Assembly (NCBI RefSeq): GCF_006345805.1
Contig: NC_043010.1
Span: 51,088,001-51,152,000, forward strand
Length of the DNA: 64,000 bases
From: Octopus sinensis
Taxonomy: Eukaryota
Reading direction: 5' to 3'
Shown: one piece after another, positions 22,986 to 35,778 of the stretch
Position numbering within the stretch: the first letter of the stretch is position 1
How the letters are laid out: every line of letters starts with the position of its first letter
Notes under the pieces: model-generated
The model's input: only the letters and a program-made list of their open reading frames with translations
What the model was told of the DNA's origin: nothing
Databases searched by the model: none
Position numbers and translations under genes: made by a program

Positions 22986-24161
22986 TACATACGATGAGCT
23001 TCTTTTAAATTCCGTATACCAAATCCACTCCCAAGGCTTTGGTCAGCCTGAGGCTATAGTAGGAAACACTTGCTTAAGGTGCCACACAGTAGGACTGAAA
23101 CTGGAATAGCATTGTTGGGAAGCAAACTGTCTGTCCTTTTCTCTCTCTCTTACAGACACTATCTTTCTCTCTATAACACACATGCTCTTCTTCTTTGCTG
23201 CATAATAAAGGCTGGTGATTCTATATTTCTCCTTGTATATTGGTTTCAAATTTTGGTACAAGGCCAGCAATTTTGGGGAAGTGGTATGTTTGATTACATT
23301 AGCCCCAGTGCTTAACTGGTACTTATTTTATTGACCCTGAAAGGATGAAAGTCAAAGTCGACCTCAGCAGAATTTGATCTCAGAATGTAAAGATAGACGA
23401 AATGCCACTAAGCATTTTTCCCAGCATGTTAATGATTCTGCCAGCTTACCACCTTAAGCTTCCCCTTGTATATTACTGGTAATAGGCTTTCAATCTTGTA
23501 TTTATTTACGAGTGTTACTGGCGACTGAGGTTCATTACAAGCTTATTATTTTCAAAAGTGGATTATTGTGTATTCATTGAGGAAACTGCTGGAAATCCAC
23601 ATAGATTACCAGATTACCATTGCGGAATTATCAAGCTATCAGCTGTGAAATTATCATGGGGCTGACATCATTGTACCACTTAATCAAAATTGGGTTCCAT
23701 TTTCAGAATACCTGTTTGTTATAATTCCTGATCATCTCATGGTCGATAGTAGTGAAGTACTACTTCATCAGCCTCAGTTAATGTTCTTTTTTCTATGCTG
23801 GCATGGGTTGGACAGTTTGAAGTAACAAACAACCCAGAAGACAGCACTGAGCTTCAGTGTCTACTTTAGCAGTGTTTCTACAGCTGGATTCCCTTCCTAA
23901 TGCAAACCATTTTACAGAGTGTACCGACTGCATATTTTTGTGGCATCAGCACTGGTGAAGTCATCATCAAGTACTTGCAAGACACAATCTCTAATCTGAG
24001 TAGGATATAGTATTGAAGGAGGTGAAAATATGATAAAAGGACAGGGATACAGGAACAGGTGTTTTGCTGAAAAGGAGAGAAAATATGGCTTCTGAAGAGA
24101 GAGAGAGAGAGAGAGAGAGAGTGTGTGTGAGTGATGGTGTGGGCATACCCTCAAGGTACAA

Positions 24162-24458
24162 GATGTGGAAGCACATGGCCTAGTGGTCAGAGCAGCGGAC
24201 TTGCAGTCAAGGGATCATGGGTTCGAATCTCAGACCAGGCGATATAAGTGTTTATGAGCGAAATACTTAGCTCCACGCAGCTCCTGCAGAAGGTAATGGC
24301 AAACTTCTGCTGACTCTTTCGCCACAACTTTCTCTCACTCTTTCCTCCTGCATCTTGCATCTCACCTGTGACGGACCGGCGTCCTGTCCAGGTGGGAAAC
24401 CTATACGCCAAGGAAACCGGCCCTTATGAGCCAGGTGTGGCTTGAGAAGGAACAAAAA
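24162..24458 (+). mobile_element. tRNA-derived SINE, family C
   Basis: TGGCCTAGTGG...GGTTCGAATCT head; 15-bp TSD ACCCTCAAGGTACAA. Confidence 0.85.
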
Positions 24459-24808
24459 ACCCTCAAGGTACAAGGTGCATATGAGAGAGAGAATAGGTGA
24501 AGAAGAACAGAAAAAGTAGGTAAGTGCACTAGAGCATGAGTGTGACAGAGTGTAATTTTAACATAGTTTTATTCCTGTAAGAATCTTTATTTGTTTGCTT
24601 GTGATCATTAATAAATTATATTCCCATATCTTGGCTTTCCCTTTTTCTGCCATGTTGTCATTGGCCTATGTAACTACTACAGTCTGGGCGTTTGTCTGTG
24701 ACAAGACAAAACGCAAACAGTTTCTCTCTCTTTCTCTCACACAGACACACACATACATACACACTGAACTACAAACACAAGTACAACAGAATAATGGTTG
24801 GTACTTAC

Positions 24809-24908
24809 CACAGTCGGTATTTCTTCAATGTCTATCATGACATCTTTAAATTGTCTAAACCCCAAATCCATGTCAGTAAGAATGTCTGATCTAGTGACTC
24901 TGTCCCGT
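24809..24908 (-). CDS. REC8: REC8 coding exon 5 (RDRVTRSDILTDMDLGFRQFKDVMIDIEEIPTV)
   Basis: CAG/GTAAGT, 100 nt, phase 2-0, open frame. Confidence 0.85.
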
Positions 24909-25004
24909 CTGAAAAATTGGAATTAAAAATTATTGCACACATACACAACAACAACAGCAACCATAATACATGAAATTCAATTACTTGGTCAATTATTTAA
25001 TGTT

Positions 25005-25038
<34 letters not shown>

Positions 25039-25040
<2 letters not shown>

Positions 25041-25848
25041 AAGAGCAATAAAGATTCAAGTTAATTTTAAAAAATTTACTTGAATATGGTACCTAACTTA
25101 GATGCACCAAAAAAAACTATACTGATTTAACAATACAGTAATGTGGGGTGATTATAAGCGAGAAAGAAGCAACAAGAATGGATAGGTTTTTAGTACGATC
25201 GTTTCATACAAGGACAGGTTTTATTAAAAGTTGCAAAGATTACAGCATATAAACGTGATTAACGTGATATAATGTGATTAATGTGGCAAACACCTAATCA
25301 TATAACAAGGATTGATACCTACCTCATTGTGTTCAACCATTGTGAAATTTATCGCCTGTGAATATGAAATTCATCTCCATTTCTCTGGAAATTTACATCT
25401 ACACCATTGGAATCTGTGCATATATACAAAGGATTAATTCACCCTCTCTGTAATGCTAATAAGCAGGAATTGAGACCCACCTCGTTGTAATTAACAATGG
25501 ATAAATTTGTCTTCTGTGAGTATATAATCCCTCATCATATCTATGGAAATTCATATGGATTAGGTCACCTTCTCTGTGATGCTATCAAAACTTTTTAATT
25601 CTGTGATAAGACTGTACATCATCTTTAAAGAACTTTAATGAACTTTAGAAATCTGTTTAATTATCTACATTACTTCATGAGTATAGCCTCAAACACTAGG
25701 ATGTCTAGAGAACTTACATGTATTTTAGCTGATGAGTACGGGACTCGTTTATATGCTGTAATCTTTGCAACTTTTAATAAAACCTGTCCTTGTATGAAAC
25801 GATCGTACTAAAAACCTATCCATTCTTGTTGCTTCTTTCTCGCTTATA
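25039..25848. mobile_element. Penelope-like terminus with inverted partial copy
   Basis: (TA)n-flanked; inverted arm 25039-25255; forward arm carries the hammerhead. Confidence 0.7.
25723..25813 (+). ncRNA. Type I hammerhead ribozyme
   Basis: UUUUAG-CUGAUGA-GUACGGGAC...GUCCUUGUAU-GAAA-CGAUCG-UA-CUAAAA. Confidence 0.85.
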
Positions 25849-25935
25849 TATATATATATATATATATTGTTGTATTTCAGAATGGTCATTTTGCCAGTTT
25901 AGCCAAAAATCTTGCACAACAAATATATAAACGTA

Positions 25936-25966
<31 letters not shown>

Positions 25967-26245
25967 CATACATATAAAATATACATGTGTGTGTGTGTGT
26001 ATATATATATATAAATCTCTCTCTCCCTCTCTATATATATATGTATATATATATATAATCAAAATAAGCAACAAGGATATCCAAGGTAGTGTACTACACT
26101 CGTTTCATGCTACACTACCTTGGATATCCTTGTTGCTTACTTTGATTATAATCACCCCATTTGATTTATATGGATAATACCATACAAAATTCTGGTGCCT
26201 TTCACTTAAGTACCATGTTCATCTGAATCTGAATTTTGCTGAACT

Positions 26246-26287
<42 letters not shown>

Positions 26288-27109
26288 ATAATATATATAT
26301 ACTTATAGGTGAGTTCAACAAAAATTTCAGATGAAGTTGAGGCACCAGAATTTAGTACGGTATTATCCACACAATTTCAAAATAAGGTGATATATATCGA
26401 CCTCAGTGTGTAACTGGTACTTAATTTATCGACCCCGAAAGGATGAAAGGCAAAGTCAACCTCGGTGGAATTTGAACTCAGAACGTAACAGCAGACGAAA
26501 TACCGCTAAGCATTTCGCCCGATGTGCTAACGATTCCGCCCTATAATATTGCTGAGGCACAAGCATGGCTGTGCAGTAAGAAGTTTGCTTCTCAACTACA
26601 TGGTTCTGGGTTCAGTCACACTGTGCTGCACCTTGGGCAAGTGTCTTAGACTGAATCCCTGGGCAACAGACCAGAGCCTTGTGAGTAGATTGGTAGACAG
26701 AAAATGAAAGACGCCTATCATGTGTGTGTGTGTGTGTGCATGCATATTTGTATTTGTGTGTGAGTGTGTGTATGAGTTCGTTTCCTACCTCCAGATGATA
26801 ACTGATGTTGGTTTGTTTATGTCCTTCTAACTTATCAATTCAGCAAAACAGACCTATGAAATAAGTACCAGGCTTTAAAAATAAATACTGGGGTTGATCT
26901 GTTCGATTAAACTCTTCAAGGCAGTGCCCCAGCATGGCCACAGTCTAATGACTGAAACAAGTAAAAGTTTAAAAAATAAAAGCTCTACATGTATTTTTAG
27001 TTGTTGTTTAATTCCAAGTTAACTTGGATTAAGCAGACCCTTATAATTCATTGGGGGTTAACCTGGAACTGAACAATGCCCTGAACAAAATCCAGTATGA
27101 TATACTTAC

Positions 27110-27188
27110 AATGGAATTGACTGAAGTTCAATAGGATTGTGAACGACCCTTAAGCTTCGGAACTGAATAAAAAGACTGTTTACCTCAT
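27110..27188 (-). CDS. REC8: REC8 coding exon 4 (DEVNSLFIQFRSLRVVHNPIELQSIP-L)
   Basis: CAG/GTAAGT, 79 nt, phase 1-2; bridges exons 3 and 5 in frame. Confidence 0.85.
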
Positions 27189-28367
27189 CTGGAATGGATG
27201 AAAAATCAGAAAAGAATTTTTATCAAAATTTCAAGGAGTAACAAATTCAGTTGGCCCTAAAGGGTTTCTTTCATTGTAGAAAAGGCAAACAGACTGTAAG
27301 ATGTTTAACCCTTTAGTGTTTAAACCAGCTGTATCCGGCCCGAATATTCTACTCAAACTGGCCAGAACCAGCATCTCACACCTACCCTGCAATGTCACCC
27401 TAAAAATAAACAATTACATTTTTCAAATCTTGAAGTTACAAGATAATACCAGATTAATATTTTAAAATGTAAGTGAGTAAGGATTACTTTTGACATATTA
27501 ATTTGAACACTAAAGGGTTAAGGAGTACTATTAATCTTTTGAATGTAGAAAGTAGATATATCTGTTCAAAATTTTATTACTCTTAATTACAAAAGTGGTT
27601 TTACCCCACAGGGTTTTTTTTTTTTAAACTCTCCTTATGCAGTGAGAAGCAGAAACATCTCCAATTATACTTTTCACAAAAGACAATTTTCCATATTTTC
27701 TTAATTTTTTTCACATATTTAATCAAATAACTCTTTCTAGAGGAAGAATTAAATACTTTAGTGGTGGATGTAAAAACCATACCTACAAGAGATACCGAAA
27801 AAGTATTACAGAAGCAGAAAATATTAATTCTGTTTTTGGTGGATAATTAATGTCATTATGGGAATGACTATCAAATTTGATTATGCAAAGGGTTGTGGAG
27901 ACATATGTCTTAGTGGTTAGGGTGTTGGACTAATGATTATAAGATTGTGGTTTCAGTTCCTGGACTGGGTGATCTGTTTTGTTCTTGAGCAAAACACTTC
28001 ATTTCATGTTGATCCAGTCCACTCAGCTGGTAAAAATGAGTAATTCTGTGACTGACCAACATCATGTCCAGGGAAGAAAATATAACCCAGAGAAACCAGT
28101 CCTATGATCCTTACAGAGCAATGTGGACTAACCAGGTTTTATTGAGAAGTGTGTATTGTACAGACAACCATCAGAAGATGCTGCTAAACAATCATTGTGT
28201 TACATCCATGACCACAATACATAACTGAAAACGACTCTGCAGGTTGTGAAACTGATGTTTGTTTAGTAAGCGGTATTGAGTTCAATCCATTTTGTGGATG
28301 TGCTCACAAAAGATGTTGGTTCTTACTGATGGTCCCGGGGTTCACAATGACAGTAGTGTAATTATAT

Positions 28368-28636
28368 ATATATATATATATATATAATATGAAATTATTG
28401 TATACAGTGCTCAGGTGCACCACAACTTGTCAGAAAGTGCATATAAAGTACATGCAGTAATGTAGAAATGTCTGGAAAGCGAACAATGTATGAGTCAGAT
28501 ACATGCTTGTGTGTGTATGGAGGGGAGAAAATCAAGTGTAGTGTTGGCGAATCTCAGGAAGCATGGAAGTTTTGAAGGATGCAGTGCTCCGACAACTAAC
28601 AACCGATGCCGGCAGTTTGTTCCATGCTTCAGCAAT
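28368..28636 (-). mobile_element. CR1/L2-like LINE 3' end
   Basis: EAWNKLPASVVSCRSTASFKTSMLPEIRQHYT* (WNxLP..VV...FK RT C-terminus), ending in (TA)n. Confidence 0.7.
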
Positions 28637-29997
28637 TGCTTCAGTAATTGTAATCTCTGAGGATGGAAATGTTTCAGATTCTGGTACTTTCTGTCATAAC
28701 TATGAAAAAGAAGTTAAATCTGTTGTCAAAGAGACAGACTGATAGAAGTAGTTATGTAGCTTGGTCCTGATCAGAAAGAGAGGCAAATCCAGAAAGGAAA
28801 CTTTCTATGAAGTAGCTAAATTGCTAAATATAGAAGCCAAGTCTACCACAACTATCCTCTGTCATAGTGAAAATAATAGAGCTGAGCACTCCAGACACAT
28901 GTACCCTTAATGTAGTTCTTAGGGAAATTCAGTATGACACAGAACATGACAGGGCCAACCCTTTGAATTACAGATACAACTCACTTCTGCCAGCCGAATA
29001 GAGTGAAGCAACATGAAATAAAGACTAGCTCAAGGACACAACACATTGCCAGGAATCGAACTCACAACCTTACAACTGCAAGCTGAATACCATAACCACA
29101 AAGCCATGCACCTTCACTGGAAGTGCAAGCATGATAATGTGATATATGAGCTTTTATGTTGCAGTGATATCATAGAATTGTTAACATCAGTGAATCATTG
29201 TATCAACCAGACTATCTGATGATACAGTATGCTTCTTTGCAGTGTTGTAGCTATTGTAGCAGGCAGGCAAATAGCTCCCCCTGAATGGAACACCAGCCAG
29301 TTGCAGGGTCACCCATTTACAGCTGAGTAGACTGGAGCAATGTGAAATGAAGTGTCTTGCTCAAGAACACAACATGCTACTGGTCTGGGAGTCAAAACCA
29401 CAAACCTGCAATTGTGATTGTAACACTATAGCCACTAGGCCACGCAGCTTCGTAGAAGTGTTAACATAGCACCGGTAAAACAGAATGGGTTCAATTTTGT
29501 TCAGCTAAACCCTTCAAGTGGAGGTGCAATGGCCCAGTGGTTAGGGCAGCGGACTTGAGGTTGGAGGATCGCGGTTTCGATTCCCAGACTGGGCGTTGTG
29601 TGTGTTTATTGAGCGAAAACACCTAAAGTTCCATGAGGCTCTGGCAGGGGGTGGTGGCGACCCCTGTTGTACTCTTTCGCCCCAACTTTCTCTCACTCTT
29701 TCTTCCTGTTTCTTGAGTAACGCTGCAATGGACTGGCATCCCATCCAGCTGGGGGGAACACATACACAACAGAAACCGGGAAACCGGGCCCATGATCCTG
29801 GCTAGGCTTGAAAAGGGCACATAAATAAATAATAAACCCTTCGAAGAGTGTCTCAGCATGGCCAATAAGTTAAAGATAAAAAGATAACATGTGTACACAC
29901 GTACACACACAGAATAGTTGCTTAATGATACTAACATATTCTTTCATTATAAGAGAGTAATTTTAAGATGATAAAAGAAGCAAAAGGTATGTGTTAC

Positions 29998-30119
29998 CTA
30001 ATAAAACTGAGCTCTGCCGCTGGTATATAACCAAGGTACCATACATCAGCTGAGTGGATAAGTAGAGGGACAGGCGCTGTCTGACAGTTTTCGCTCTGAG
30101 GTACTTTAAAATAGCATGG
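29998..30119 (-). CDS. REC8: REC8 coding exon 3 (HAILKYLRAKTVRQRLSLYLSTQLMYGTLVIYQRQSSVLL)
   Basis: CAG/GTAACA, 122 nt, phase 2-1. Contains the REC8 motif R(F/L)SLYLSxQLxxGxxxxYxxQ. Confidence 0.92.
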
Positions 30120-31394
30120 CTGAAAATGAATAGCATGACGATGATGATGATGATGATGATGATGATGTGGATGTTGATAATGATGATGAGGTTGCTGATG
30201 AAGGTGATAGTAATAATGATGTTCTTGTTTAGCCCCAAGTCAACTGTCATCAAACAGACCAACGATCAACAGCATTCCAACTATGACCATCCTGTCATTT
30301 TTTTTCTTCCGTGCAGGAACCTGGATATCATAATCTAAGGTATCCTTTCAAGATCATTGGGTGTGATTTGAGTGAAGAATAGCTGAAATTTCTAGCAGAT
30401 CAGGTATTCATGCAGAGTGTTCTCGTTGATTTGTATTGATGATAATCCTTTCTACTATAAGTACAAGGCCTGAAATTTTGGGGGAGGGGACTAGTTGATT
30501 ACATCAACCCCAGTATTTCCCTGGTACTTAATTTATTGACCCTGAAAAAAGAAGCCCATCGTATATATGTATATGTATATATATATGTGTGTGTGTGTGT
30601 GTGCGCATGTTTGTGTGTCTGTTTTTGTCCCCCACAACATCGCTTGACAACCGATGCAAGTGTGTTTACATCTCCGTCACTTAGCGGTTCTGCAAAAGAG
30701 ACCGATAGAATAAGTACTAGGCTTACGAAGAGTAAGTCCTGGGATTGATTTGCTCGACTAAAGGCAGTGCTCCAGCATGGCCACAGTCAAATGACTGAAA
30801 CAAGTAAAAGAGTAATCTTTCATGGTCAAACTGCAACCTGTGTGACATTCTGAATGGCATACTTAACAAAAAATTGCCTCAAACTATTTTAGTAGTGCAT
30901 CAAGCCTGATGGTGAGCCATGTCTCATGCAGCCTGTTTTGCGGAAAAGGTTGCCAGCAATAAACAGCTTATTGTGTTCTTTCTTTGTATCGAAAATTAAT
31001 ATAATAATAATAATAATGGTTAAATTTCATCTTCAGTACCATAAATCCTCGAGTATAATCGGCATTCTTTTCCCAAAATTTAAAGGTCAAAATCCCTAGT
31101 GCATACAATATACAAGTTTAAAAATGGAAAATATTTTCTAAGCAATGTCTGAGTCTCTATTTGCTGTCTGGCAATGTTTATTCAGACGCATTTTGTGATG
31201 TCAGGTGCGAAAATACATTAAGCTAAGCCTGAAAGCAATGAATTCATAAAAGAATCATCCATAACTTGCAGTAAGTAACATTCATTAAAATAAAAGTATT
31301 CAGAACACAGAATAACATGTAACAAAAACAATTTGCAAACATATTTACATTCCCATATAACAGTTAAGAACACCACAGACTTATAATTACTCAC

Positions 31395-31463
31395 CATGTA
31401 TCTACTAAATCTACACCACATACTTCTCGTCTTGATAGCTTTCGGCCTTTGGTTGCTGCCAGC
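31395..31463 (-). CDS. REC8: REC8 coding exon 2 (LAATKGRKLSRREVCGVDLVDT-C)
   Basis: CAG/GTGAGT, 69 nt, phase 2-2. Matches REC8 WLAATRGSRLVKREYLRVNVVKTC rather than RAD21 WLAAHWDKKL. Confidence 0.92.
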
Positions 31464-32085
31464 CTGGATTTTTTATTTGTTAAAGAAAGAGTAATAAAAA
31501 AATTTATTAATCATGAGAATCTAGAGAGATATAACTTCTGGTTTTTACAAAATTAAGCTGGTGATAGATAAATCTTCAAATGGAGAGGATAATGCCTCTT
31601 CAGTCTGTCAGTAGTGTGTACTCACTAGCAACCATATACTAAGATAAAAAAGATCGCTAGTGACATAGGAAAAATCACTGGTGTTGCAGTAAATTGCTTA
31701 GCTGAATAAAATTTTTTTTTGAACAGAAGCAGTACCAGATTAAAATAGTCATCTATATATCATACTTAATGCAAAAGCATAAAAAAAAAACAAATTAACT
31801 GCAATGTCTATCTGGAGATAATATCTCATAGACATACAGTTTTTAAAAACATGCAAATTTTATATTTTCCTTAATTCATCTAAGATTAATTGAAACACAC
31901 AAATAAATTGTATCTGATATATAAAATATATGGTCACAAAAGGATTAAATACTTATATGAATGTATCATTCTTTTATCTTTATTTTTTAATTTTCATTAA
32001 TTTAATTAAATTTTTTTTAACATTTTATTCATTTCAGAATTTGTACCAAAATTTATGTCCACTCAAAAATGGAAGCAGAATTTAC

Positions 32086-32141
32086 CATATCAGAGCAAAA
32101 CGGCCTCCTCTTCGATTGAGGATCTCAGTGCTGTAAAACAT
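32086..32141 (-). CDS. REC8: REC8 first coding exon (MFYSTEILNRRGGRFALI-W)
   Basis: ATG at 32141, 8 nt after a polypyrimidine/CAG acceptor; GT donor, phase 2. The translation matches the Rad21/Rec8 N-terminal kleisin start (human REC8 MFYYPNVLQRHTGCFATIW, recalled). Confidence 0.92.
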
Positions 32142-32529
32142 GACTTAATCTGAAAAGAAAAGGAAATTTTGCTTTAAAGAAATGGTTAATAACAATAATA
32201 ATGAAATCTCACACTGACACCAAAACATCACAGGTATTTATTTTGTCGATCAATGGTGTGGGTAGGACTTGAACTCTCAAGGATTGTAACTAAATACAAT
32301 AAACCACACATGCACCAACACACACACCCATTACCACAAGGAAAATGAGACGACAAAGGAATAATCTATAATCTTATGAACTAGTACATATATATATATA
32401 TATTGCAACACTTTATCAGTCCTGGTATATACACTTTAATAAGGATTTATTACATTGGAATGAGTTCATATGTTTGTAAGGAAATAAGTATAAGCTAATG
32501 TCTAACAACTAAGATTGGACACAATAAGA

Positions 32530-32890
32530 GTAATGTCACACCTGTCCTAATGTATGACTCATAATACTGGCAAATAGTAAAAGGAGACATGAATAAGATC
32601 AATACTTCCTACAGTTGGTATCAGAAAAATCTGTCACATTTTCTGGTTCAACAAAATCCTATGGAGTTGTAACTTCATAACAGGTTGCAGTACAGTTGTC
32701 TTCGAAATAAAAAGATGGTAGTGTCCATCATAATGCTACCTTAGGTAGCATTAGACATTACAAGAGAAATGAAAGTCTGGATGGCCAAGGAACATAGCTG
32801 GTGTAAGAACATTTGAAGATGGGTTGAGCTTAATAGATCTGATATAAGACAAGGTAAAGTTGCTCAAGACAAGTCTAATTGGTGTTGAGC
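32530..32890 (+). mobile_element. Old degenerate RTE LINE fragment
   Basis: NVTPVLMYDS*YWQIVKGDMNKI...KICHIFWFNKI with stops and frameshifts. Confidence 0.6.
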
Positions 32891-33971
32891 CATTGTAAGC
32901 TTATTTTATAAAATTTCTCTATGTGGTTGTCTGGTTAGAAGCTTGCTTTCCAACCATGTGGTCTTGGGGTCAGTCCCTCAGTGCAGCACCTTGGTTAAGT
33001 GTGTTATATCATATCCCTGAGCTAACTGAAGCCTCGCAAGTGGATTTGGTAGATGGAAACTAAAAGAAGCCTGCTGCATGCATGAATGTATGTATATAAA
33101 AACAACAGATGGATAATGGCTCATTCACTAGAGCTGTTTCCAACAAATGTTTTAACTAATGAACAGTTTTCATGAGAAAAAAAAAAGTTTTCATCAGGTG
33201 AATACACATGAATTATACATTCCAAAGTCACCAGTTTGTGCCACTCCAAGATTCCCTGACTGGTACTAGTCAATTAAAACAATTCATTGGAAACAGCTGC
33301 AGTGAACGGACCATTATCCATCTGTTGCTATTGTTATATATTATTCACCATACTTGGAACCATCTATTAGCATGCATCTGGAGTCTATTACAATTGGTGC
33401 AGTGTGTGTTCCTAAATACAGCATTGAGATACGTAATATACTCAGTCGGATGTGGTCTATCATATATACAACTGGAATAATAATCTGTCTATACACCAGT
33501 ATGTAGGTATTTGTTCCTATGCTTTTGTAATATACACAATTCCCTTTCTGTAACTCAACCCAATATTTTACCATTTAAATACCTGATTCACTTGAATCCT
33601 GAACTCTTATAATATATATACATACATGTGAAGGTGCATGGCTCAGTGGTTAGAGCATTGAGCTTACGATTGCAAGGTTGTGAGTCTGAATGCCGGACTG
33701 GGCTGCGTGTTGTGTTCTTGAGCAAGACATTTTATTTCACGTTGCTCCAGTTCACTTAGCTGTAGAAATGAGTGGCGACATCACTGGTGCCAAGCTGTAT
33801 CGGCCGTTGCCTTTCTCTTGGATAACATCAGTGGTGTGGAGAAGGAAGGCTGGTATGCATGGGCGACTGCTGCCCTTCCAAAAACAACCTTGCCCAGAGT
33901 TGTGCTTTGGAGGGCAACTTTCTAGGTGCAATTTCATGGTCATTCATGACCGAAGGGAGTCTATATATATA

Positions 33972-34014
<43 letters not shown>

Positions 34015-35474
34015 AGGGTAGCTTGTTTACAATTTTACAACCAAAAGGCAGAAATATATACATCACTATAGTGGTGCTTCTTGTAACTATGAGTTGTTTT
34101 AACTCTTATTTCTAGCAATACTGGTGCTGACTAGTACTCTCAGTCACGTTAGTGATGTGTGTGTGTGTGTGTGTGTCTGCATGTACGTGTGTTCCTTTGT
34201 CATGACATCACATGATGGTTGTAAACAAGCATCACCTTCATACAAGTCTTCCATGAAAAACATGTATAGCATCCAGCCGTAGAAAATCTGTCTCAGTAAA
34301 TTCTGTATGACTTATACAAGCATAGAAAAGTGGAATGCTCATATTCCATACCACTGAATGTTTGAAAGCAAAAATGAAACTAAAATTTCACTCAAAGTTG
34401 TCCAAATTGAATTCAACAAGCACTACACTTTTCAGAAGGATTTAAGGTGGAATTAAATATCGGTTTCAATTTTGGAGATAAGTTCCCCACAAATTACTTT
34501 ATAATCGTAATTATGTCGTTTCAAAGGTATTTTTATATAAAATTTCATTGAAAAAGAAAAACCATTTTCTTAAAAGTTATGAGGGAAAAACTCGGATTTT
34601 GTGAATTTTCCGATGTGTTCTCTCCCCACCCCTTTGGGAAAAGATGTTCCCCACAAATTTCTTCCTAATCGTAATGTATGCCGTTTGAAAGGTATTTCTA
34701 TAAACTTTCATTGAAAAAAAACCCATTTTCCTAAAAGTTAAGAGGGAAAAGCTCGGACCTTGTGAATTTTCCGAAGTCCTCTCCCCACCCTCCCGTTGCT
34801 TTGCACGGATTTTTTAAAATATTCTTTTTCTACACATTGTTTCACACCCGTCCCAGTATTTTATTTTATTTTTTTTGATTTTCGTTTCCGGGTCAAGATG
34901 TAAACATTAACCAAAAATTTACCAAAACAATGTCCTAGGGTCGATTTGTTTGACTAACCCCCCCCCCCCGCAAGGCGGTGCTCCAGCATGGTTCCACTCA
35001 AATGATTGAAACAAGTAAAAGAATAAAAGAAAAGACCCAATACTTCTGATTTAAAATAGACGGTTAAATAGTTGTATAACATCCTTGAGTAATTTACAAA
35101 TAGCAATCATATCTGAACATTTACCTGTTCTCATACAGTGGTTTCAAAAACATTGTAAGAGAGCAGATTGTGGGGGAAATGTTAAATAATTGTTATTTAA
35201 CAAAATGTTAAATAATTGTTATTTAACAAAATCACGAATGGAGTTGTTTAACCAGCTTCAGTTCAGCCTTGAACGAGTAGGCATATGGTTAAAAACATAT
35301 TTATCCTTTTTGTTTTTTCCTCTGAGAATAATGTAATTGGAATTAAGGTTTCTAAAGAATGAATAGATTAAACCCATTCATTTATTTTGAGGTGATGTTT
35401 CGTTTTTATGAATCGAGAAAACGAAACGACTGAAGTCAACAGGAAACAGCAAATTATTGATATATATATATATA

Positions 35475-35778
35475 ACTAGCAGTATCGCCCGGCATTGCTC
35501 GGGTTTGTAAGGGAAATAACTATATAAGCATTTTTAGAGAGTTACTTCCCTTAAATAATAGCAAAAAAATGCATTAAAAATGGGAAAAAATGATGGTAAA
35601 TTTTTTTTTTAATCGTAGACTCATCGTAGATGCGCGATAATACCCAGAAGGGCTCGATATGAATCACGACTATAAGATACCCGCTTTTGGTTAAACTGCA
35701 CCGCAAAATGTGGGAGTAGTTATGAATCTAAATCGTAGGAGACAGACAGCACACAACCTCACTTTTATATATAAAGAT
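35475..35778 (+). mobile_element. Non-autonomous Helitron/Helentron-like element
   Basis: ACTAGCAG..CCCGGC.TTGCTCGGG 5' hairpin and ...TTTTATATATAAAGAT end; longer inverted copy at 36644-37163. Confidence 0.55.

Noticed and set aside
24162-24245. tRNA gene
   Set aside because: A/B boxes are present, but there is no complete cloverleaf or terminator, and the sequence continues into a SINE body with a TSD. The same applies to the family A heads.
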